From NCBI RefSeq assembly GCF_006345805.1, contig NC_043013.1:32054001-32118000 (forward strand): 64,000 nt of DNA, given 5' to 3'. This document shows positions 56,021 through 64,000 of the stretch, one piece after another. Origin of the DNA: Octopus sinensis (Eukaryota). The position numbers and the translations under genes are program-made. The notes under the pieces were generated by a model. It saw nothing but the letters and a program-made list of their open reading frames with translations. It searched no databases and was not told the DNA's origin. Numbering within the stretch: position 1 is the first letter of the stretch; each line of letters opens with the position of its first letter.

Positions 56021-56098
56021 TATGTATGTATGTATGTATGTATGTATGTAGGCATATATATATGTATGTATGTATGTGTATGTATGTATGTATGTATG

Positions 56099-56129
<31 letters not shown>

Positions 56130-57040
56130 GTATTTATGTATGTATGCATGCAAGTTATTCAATACGAAAATGTTATGTATTCTTTTTCTATATTTCTTGG
56201 TCGTATGCTTGTCTTAATTCGACGTTGCACGATGCTGACATGATGGCTCTTTTTGAGGCAGAATCACATGTTATCAGTTGTCATTTTGCCTTCTTTTTCT
56301 TAATGATATTCTAAGACAGGACGATTTTTCTTGACTCAAAACGGTCTCCCCTTTCTCATTCGTACTCTCTAATAATCACCAATTCGGTTTGGCATGTTTA
56401 CCTTTAGTCGAAACAAGCATGGTGTCACTAAATCAAAAAGTTATCTCGACACGCAATCCGTTAACATAACTGACAGATAGAATCAGCATGATATTGTGAG
56501 ATAAGCCTGTCCATTCAAATCAAAGGAACTATCAGTAATTTAAATCAGCCCAAATTTACATAAAAGGCTCTGGTTGAATCTCAGTCAAATCACACTTCTT
56601 AATGACTCCATGCAAAGAAACAGAAACAGATATTTCCTAATTACGAAGCAAACATCTTAATCTTGTAGCCAGGTATTAGAAGGTCCAATTGTGCTAGATT
56701 CGTATTCCGATCTATAGAAATACACTATTTTTATTAGAGGTTCTATCTATTGATGGGAAATCGATCAATCAGACATAGATTAACTGTCGAAGGTATACTG
56801 GATTATGTTGCTTTGGTTTGGGTCTTAGGAAGTCTTTGAGATATGAAGAATTGATTACTTAATGGTCGCTCTCACTATGAACATTGGTAAATAGTTATGG
56901 TCTGATAAAATAGAGATGATCCACGTATACGTCACATACTTTTCTCTCGTACTAACGTGCAAGCCCACCATTTTTATCCGATCTTACACATACAAATAAC
57001 CAAGCATGTGTACTACCAAACTCATACCAACCCCACACGG

Positions 57041-57184
57041 GACCAGAATCACACGTGACCAGAATCACACGTGACCAGAATCACACGTGACTAGAATCAC
57101 ACGTGACCAGAATCACACGTGACTAGAATCACACGTGACCAGAATCACACGTGACTAGAATCACACGTGACCAGAATCACACAC
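57041..57184. repeat. 16-bp minisatellite GAC(C/T)AGAATCACACGT x9
   Basis: Nine units counted by hand (the last is imperfect); CACGTG at 8 unit junctions. Confidence 0.95.
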
Positions 57185-57304
57185 ATATGCACAAACATTT
57201 ACTGCTGAATTCTCACATCCATCTTTGAAAAAATATAGACTCAAAGAAAATTTCCTTATGATAATTTCCGGTTGCCACTCTTAAATCCGACAACATTCGA
57301 CCCT

Positions 57305-57545
57305 AGTAAAGCGATAGGCTGGCAGAATCATAAAGAAGCCGAACAAAATGCTTAATTGCATCTCGTCCGCCTTTACATTCTATGTTATTCTTGTCCCTAT
57401 ACTTAAAATTCTCAAAGCCAAGGTTGGCTTTGCCTTTCAGCCTTTTGAGGTCGATAGAATAAATACAAGTTGAGCACTAGTGGCGATCTATTTGACTTAA
57501 CACACTCCCGAAATTGCTGGCCTTGTGCCGACGTTTAAAACTCTC
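57305..57545 (+). mobile_element. SINE family 2, diverged
   Basis: ggctggcagaatc head, ggctttgcctttcagccttttgaggtcgatagaataaatacaag core, aaattgctggccttgtgcc tail. Confidence 0.7.
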
Positions 57546-58377
57546 ATAATATTAAAACCTAGTCATAGCGGGAACGCGTAATCTACTGGGAAACAAAACT
57601 TGATGCCTGAAGTAAGCCTGGATGAAAAAAGCCTTTCTATCGTTTTCCAAATATATCTTCAAGTCTTATCAAAGTTAAAAGATGCTTTATGTTCGTTCAC
57701 TGCTTATCTTCATCCAGATGCCGTTGTGTTTTTCACCCCTCATCTTCATAACCACACACACACACAAACGCATAACAACATTCGCACACACACTTACATA
57801 ACAACACGAACACAAATGCACACACACAAACAAACACGCACAAAACTCACAAGAAAACATACAACAAAGCACACAAACACACACATCAACGGCAAGGAAC
57901 AAATAACTGAAATCACATTTTTGACGTATTTCCAAAACCAATTCAAATCAACAAGATATATTATGCTACAGATGAAGAAATTCTTTGCATCCTTCAAAGA
58001 AATCTATTTGCTACAAAAAGACTAGAACTCCAAGATAATAATAAGGTATTTTAAATAGATCAGAAGCGGAAACTGGGCTTCACTGCGGTCGTTGGACTTT
58101 CAGAGATCTAAATGAAACGTAACTCTACATAAAATACTATTCTCCCATTTGTAGCAATATAGAAAAATAGTATTCTAATCAAGTTCATACATACTAATGT
58201 GTATGCGTGTGTGAGAGAGAGACAGTGTGAGAGAGAGACAGTGTGAGAGAGAGACAGTGTGAGAGAGAGACAGTGTGTGTGTGTGTGTGTGTGTGTAGAT
58301 GTGTGTATACACACACAGTCACACAAACGTAAACCTATGCAAGCACGCACACACACACACGCGCGCATATACATATA

Positions 58378-59250
58378 CAGGGTGCGGTGAATAAGATGTC
58401 GTCTAAATTATGCAAAATTGAAAATAACATTGTCATTTCGTTTTGACAGATATATTTACCAAAATAACATAATATTTTGAAATACTAGAGTAAATTCATT
58501 CAATAAAATCGTTATTGGCTTCAATCACGACCTCCAGACGACTTCGTAGTCTCCTGCAACTCTGCAACTCTTCTGGGCGGTTTCCTTCTTTAAGTTGGTG
58601 AATGCTGCAATGATCCTTGCCTTCAGTTCATCTTTGGTATTACAAGGAGTTCTGTTGGTCTCTCGGTCAGCTGCGCCCCACACATAATAATCAAGGGGTT
58701 TGCAGTCTGGGAAGTTAGGTGACCAGGTTTTAGGGGTGGTGTGGACGCAGACGTTGTCTGACAGCCATGACTGGGTTCTCCTACTTGAGTTGAATGGTAC
58801 AAAGTTCTTTTGCCAGATATAGGGTCTTCCAGCAGCCACTCTCTTCACCCAGGGCACCACTACCTCCTCCAAGCACTTGATGCAGGCCTCTGTGTTGAAG
58901 TTGAATGAAGGCATAACGTCACCATCACTAGTGATCACTACAAACACCATGGTGTTGACTGGATGTTTGATTTTTGTCACTTTCGATGCATGTTTTGGGG
59001 AAACCCAGGCCAATTTTCGTTCTATGTTCACCATCTGTTCGTATTGGAGCTTCCAGCGCGAATGTCAGGCAGTATAGCATGTCGTTTCCAAATTTGTGGT
59101 TGAGGGAATTGCGTCATTGTGCTGTTTCTCACAGACGCTGCCCAACCGACCCTACTATACTGTGTAATCGACAAAATCAAAAACATACAATGCGCTTGCG
59201 CGAAAGTAAAATTTTTTTAAATGGCGACAATTTACTCATCGCACGCTTTG
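58378..59250 (-). mobile_element. Tc1/mariner DD37D (maT-type) transposon, defective
   Basis: TA on both sides, imperfect TIRs. ORF 58525-59034 has YIWQKNFVP..WSPNFPDCKPLDYYVWG with 37 residues between the degenerate second Asp position (N) and the third Asp. Confidence 0.9.
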
Positions 59251-59280
59251 TATATGTGTGTGCGTTTGCATATATATATA

Positions 59281-59325
<45 letters not shown>

Positions 59326-59389
59326 ATAATATATTAGAGAAAAACCACGATAGACGTAAATCATACCATACAGAATTATATATATATAT

Positions 59390-59450
<61 letters not shown>

Positions 59451-59469
59451 GAGGGCGAGACAGAGAGAT

Positions 59470-59757
59470 CCACGTGGTTTACAGGTTAAGGTATTCGGCT
59501 CAAGATCCTAAGATCGTGAGTAAGATTCCCGTATTTCTCATTCCTTCTTGTCCACTCAGCTTACAATGGTCAGTTGTACCTGTAATTCAAAGGCGTGTCT
59601 TGTCACACCTTGTGGCACGCTGAATCTCTCTGAGAACTCTGTTAATGGATACGCTTGACTGTGGAGTGCTCAGCCACATGCATGTTGATTTCACGACCAA
59701 GCTGTTCCATTGATCGGAATAACTGGAACATTTGTCGTAGTAACCGACCGTGTGAAA
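59470..59757 (+). mobile_element. SINE family 3-related copy
   Basis: tRNA-like head and 3' ttgtacctgtaattcaaagg..tgtggagtgctcagccac..gtagtaaccgac shared with 45725. Confidence 0.75.
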
Positions 59758-59899
59758 AGATATGTATATATATATATATATATACATAGATAATTGAGAT
59801 TCAGTTGAATTAGGTACTTAAGTTGAAGCCCCAAGTCAGTCTGGTATCATCTGCCCAGGTCGAAGTAAGGTGAATAAAATCAAACTAAGCAACAGGATA

Positions 59900-60830
59900 T
59901 CCCTAGCGACAACAAATCGGTCATTGAAAGAATGAGGGAAGAATTACAAAATTTTTTAAAAGCTTCAACTTAGGAACCACGTTTGAATATTGCACAGAGG
60001 TGGAAAATTTCTTAGATAACACATTAGACATTGATTAAGGAATGTGCCACCCCCACCCCCATTGGAAACCAGTTGAAATTACGAGGTATGTAAAGATCCT
60101 CAAATCACCCCACTAAAATATTAAAAATTGGTAGTCAAAAGTATTTCTAAAAGAATTACGAAATTATCAGCAAATAATGACATTTTTGATACTCATTCCC
60201 ACCACTATAACTTCGTTTTGTCTAAGGCAAGATACAACCATGGAATTACTTTTATTAATCCAGAAAGTATAACACCTTCTAATAGTAGAAATAATGAAAA
60301 TTTAAGTGATAGGGAAAATACAGGCCTACTTGGTCGGGAAAACAGACCTTCTATGAAAGCATCCAATAAACCCATCAATTTAAATAAAAAATTAAGTAGC
60401 AACAGAAATTAGATGCTATAACCAGTAGGAATATTAGTTTACATAATAGATATAGTGAGGCAACTGAGCGGATTATACCACCCTCTAATGATAAGAAAAA
60501 TACTGATAGTATAGCCATACCTAATAATCAAGTCGCGAGGTTTGGAAGGCGGTGAAAGAGTGGGTAGATTCCGCCCTTGCATACGTAAGAGGTCTGAAAA
60601 TAATGATTTGGTCTGGTATAGCGTTCCCTTCAACGGTGCCATATCCACCAGCATATATTAAAAATTTATGGCAATTTTGGAAAAAAAAACTTCACTGCTT
60701 CCCATAAATATAATAGAATATTTTCCCGCAAGACAGTTAGAATCTTGTATTCTACCCTCCCCAATATAGGTATCATCATAGCCAAGTTAAATAGAAAGAA
60801 TATAAAATCGGTAGGAGTTAATAATAATAA
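59900..60830 (+). mobile_element. Penelope-like element RT thumb/linker relic
   Basis: NFLDNTLD; VVKSISKRITKLSANNDIFD..YNFVLSKARY; DLVWYSVPFN..KFMAILEKNF..HKYNRIFSRKTVRILYSTLPNIGIIIAKLNRK (cf. IIWFNPPFS..KIFNRNTVKVSYSCMPN). Confidence 0.8.
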
Positions 60831-62038
60831 TATTATTGTCCACGCTAGTTTAAACCCCTACAATGAGAATAATATTAATGGAGATGTAGGAATTAGAAAC
60901 AACAGTGCTAACACATCTAATATGTACAATATAGACTGTGACTCCGAAGTTTATACTAGCACAGGGATTACTGACACAATGCATGATTTAAAGACTTCCT
61001 CTAGCCAGCCTCTTTTTATAGACAGTTATATCCAATTGACTACTCCTAATGTCTTCTTTCCTCTCTGAGGAAAAGGGATAATACGATAATAACTCACACT
61101 TGTTCTTTATTCAAAATAAACATAGTCTTCTAGTCTTAGATTACGTAGTTGATAAAGAGATAAATGAATTAGAAATGAATCACTTACAACACTATGACCC
61201 CCAAAACGGTTCATGCAATTCTTGGAAGTGTAGTCTATTCTTTGCTACAATAGCGACAACATGAATTTATTCCATCTTCTTGCTCTGTTAAAATATTTGA
61301 GAAAAATTATATTAATGTGTCCTATTGGTTAAAATTCTATTTATTTATTTGTGCAGCTGAAGATGGCACTGCATTTAAGTTGGTGTAATGATTGTATTGT
61401 TCAATTAAATGGAGCCGCTTGAAATGGTCGTACTGATTATGCGTGCGTTTGTGTTTGTGTGTGTGTGTGTGTGCATATATATATGTGATTAAAGTTTTAC
61501 AATTTGTGCCAGTAAGTCTTGAATTTGTGGTGGAAGGAACAGAAAAGGGATTAGAATAGCGAAGGCATTGACGAAGGACAAAATGTTGGAAGCGGTTATA
61601 TGCAGAACGTAAATACCAGTATTGTGTGCAATGAAATAGATTTTGCAAGGTAATTAAAAGATTATAAAGTACTAGGCTTTAAATTATAGATAGAATATTG
61701 ATCTAGGCATAGGTAGTTAATGACCCTTTAGGAAAAAAATAAGTAAATAAATGTTTAGATCAATACGATTAAATACATAAATATATAAATTATTGAATAG
61801 TTCAAAGAGATGAGATTATTTTTATCTAGGGAACATTGAGATCAGAGAGACCTCGTCAGGAATTTGAAGCTGAAATTAATAAGTAAGTTAATGAGTAAAT
61901 AAATGAAACATTATTATATTTAGTCATTTCCAATTACTCGTTCACCTATTTATTGATAAATTTTAATTTTAAATTGCTAGGTTTTCTTCCGAATCCAAAT
62001 TCCCAAGACACAATAACAATTACAGACACTGCAGAAAG

Positions 62039-62069
<31 letters not shown>

Positions 62070-62153
62070 GGAGATACATATATATGTATATATTTATATA
62101 TATACACAGGCATTTTCTATGCGTGTATATGTACATATGTATACACACACATT

Positions 62154-62208
<55 letters not shown>

Positions 62209-62233
62209 TAATACACATATGTACATGTGCGTG

Positions 62234-62277
<44 letters not shown>

Positions 62278-64000
62278 TATTTATGGATGTCTATGTATGT
62301 ATTCAAAATTTTATATACATACAGTCGAAAATGTCTTTTGGCCTTTTATGAACGCTTTTTCATAGATTCCTTGTTATTAATTTATTGTTGTTTTTTTTTT
62401 TAATTGCTTATGAAATTATTAGTTCGTCAGTTTATGAATTTTTCACTTAATTATTCATTCATTAATTTCCTTTAAAAACCACAATTCCACCATACTCAGC
62501 ACTTTCGTCGCCTTTTTTCTCAATTATTTTTTGTTAACCTTTTTATCCAATCGACCTCTGCAGATATTTCATAGACGCCCGTCACATTTTACTAGCTTTT
62601 AAATCTGACAATAAACTATCTTACATCAATTATTCAGCATTCCCTATATTTCACCTTTCGCACTGGCCTCTTATTTCAAAGTTACTATAAGTTCGCCTTT
62701 TAAATCTTGGAATTCAGATATTATGTTTTAATCACCCTGTCATTTTTTTACATTACAATTAGCTACATTATTATTATGGTTGCTGTTGTTGTTGTTGCCG
62801 TTGTCGTTGTTGTTGTGGTTGTTGTCGTAGTCGTTAATATTGTTGTTGGTGTTTTTGCTGTTGTTGTTGCTGTTTATATTTAGTATTAACGCATTGGTTC
62901 TGCTCTGGCTGTAGATAATCTTCGGTTTTCCAGGGATTTTAAAACTTGTGATTAAATCTTTAAATACCTAATGCGTTTTGATCGCACTAATGAGGTTTTT
63001 TTTTTATTGAATTAATTTTCACTTCAATTTGAGAAAGTACAAATTCTATTGAATACTTTATTTTTGCTTTTTGTTTTTTTTTCAATTTGACTTAAACGTC
63101 GCTGAATGTTAAGACTGTATTGAAGTGTTTCTATTAATAATTTTAGAAGCAACACTTTTAAAAAGCAAGTAATTTATTAAATTGTATTTCACAGAAAAAG
63201 CTTAAATAGATTTATTTAGACATTTTGTGGAGAAGGATTGATTAGATTCTTACCGGCAGCAAATGAATTTAGGAACCACCCCATACTCTGAAACAAAAGC
63301 AAAATAACTACGAAGCGAAACGACACAAGCAAGTTTGTTTTATAGCCAGACATATTCTTTTAGACATTCAATACTTGAGTCGTCTTAGCGACAAAAACGA
63401 CGACGTAAACAGTAATAATATTAGCAGCTACACATGAATAAATATCGCCGAGCGAGAAATACCCAATTAAAGGTACTTCTGCCAAGTCCGCACCTGTCCT
63501 GTATTTTCTCCATCAATCAGTTGTGGAAATTAAAGAGGCAGAACCTAAAATTGGAACAGTGGCAAAAAATATTCTTAAACCAATATTGTCCTTATTGAAA
63601 AGCTCTTATACGAGTAGACAAAGTAAAATTTAATTTTCCTTTGTCTCTTGAAAGATGGAGTCAATTTTCTCTAGCCTCAACACCTAACTAAGGGAGGCCC
63701 TTGCTGATATATGAGCTTACAATTTTTACACAGGGATAGACAAATCCTTCGATATTCTCTACATGACCTTCACGAGCGAGTACAAACGGTGATTGTCCTA
63801 ACACACTCGCTCATGTAACGTTGCGTCACAGTAGATATTGTAGCACAAGAGAAGTCAAAAAGACATAATTTTATCAACTGATATTGTTATTGTCGTTACC
63901 AACTTTCTAAAACAATGTGAATTGGTGAGAAGCGCTCGTGTAATGTGAAGAACGTGGGTGTAAAGAGTTAGCATAGAATGAAAAGCATTATGATCTCTCA

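Noticed and set aside
57041-57184. CRISPR-like repeat array
   Set aside because: Units abut with no unique spacers, there are no cas genes, and the context is eukaryotic.
63430-63635. Two overlapping open frames of 55-60 codons near the right edge
   Set aside because: No recognisable motifs, and the splice-bounded minus-strand version has stops in all frames.

Overview
AT-rich, microsatellite-saturated eukaryotic non-coding DNA. The SINE families and repeat style point to an octopus (coleoid cephalopod) genome; this is inference from repeat recognition, not a database result. I can support no intact host protein-coding gene: the supplied ORFs are either translations of simple repeats (IYIY, LSIY, poly-I/E/N) or pieces of decayed transposons. 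Recognisable contents are: a HERO-type and seven R4/Dong-type restriction-like-endonuclease LINE fragments; Tx1/L1 3' ends sitting in (GATA)n; RTE fragments, one with three C-terminal C2H2 fingers; Penelope-like RT relics and terminal repeats with minimal hammerhead ribozymes; three tRNA-derived SINE families plus a tRNA-headed element carrying a hammerhead-like module; two DD37D (maT) mariners; a non-autonomous Helitron; and an E-box minisatellite. Two weak plus-strand exon candidates (256-334, 35012-35083) suggest the window could be intronic. Boundaries of decayed elements are approximate, and family assignments come from remembered motif patterns in hand translations.
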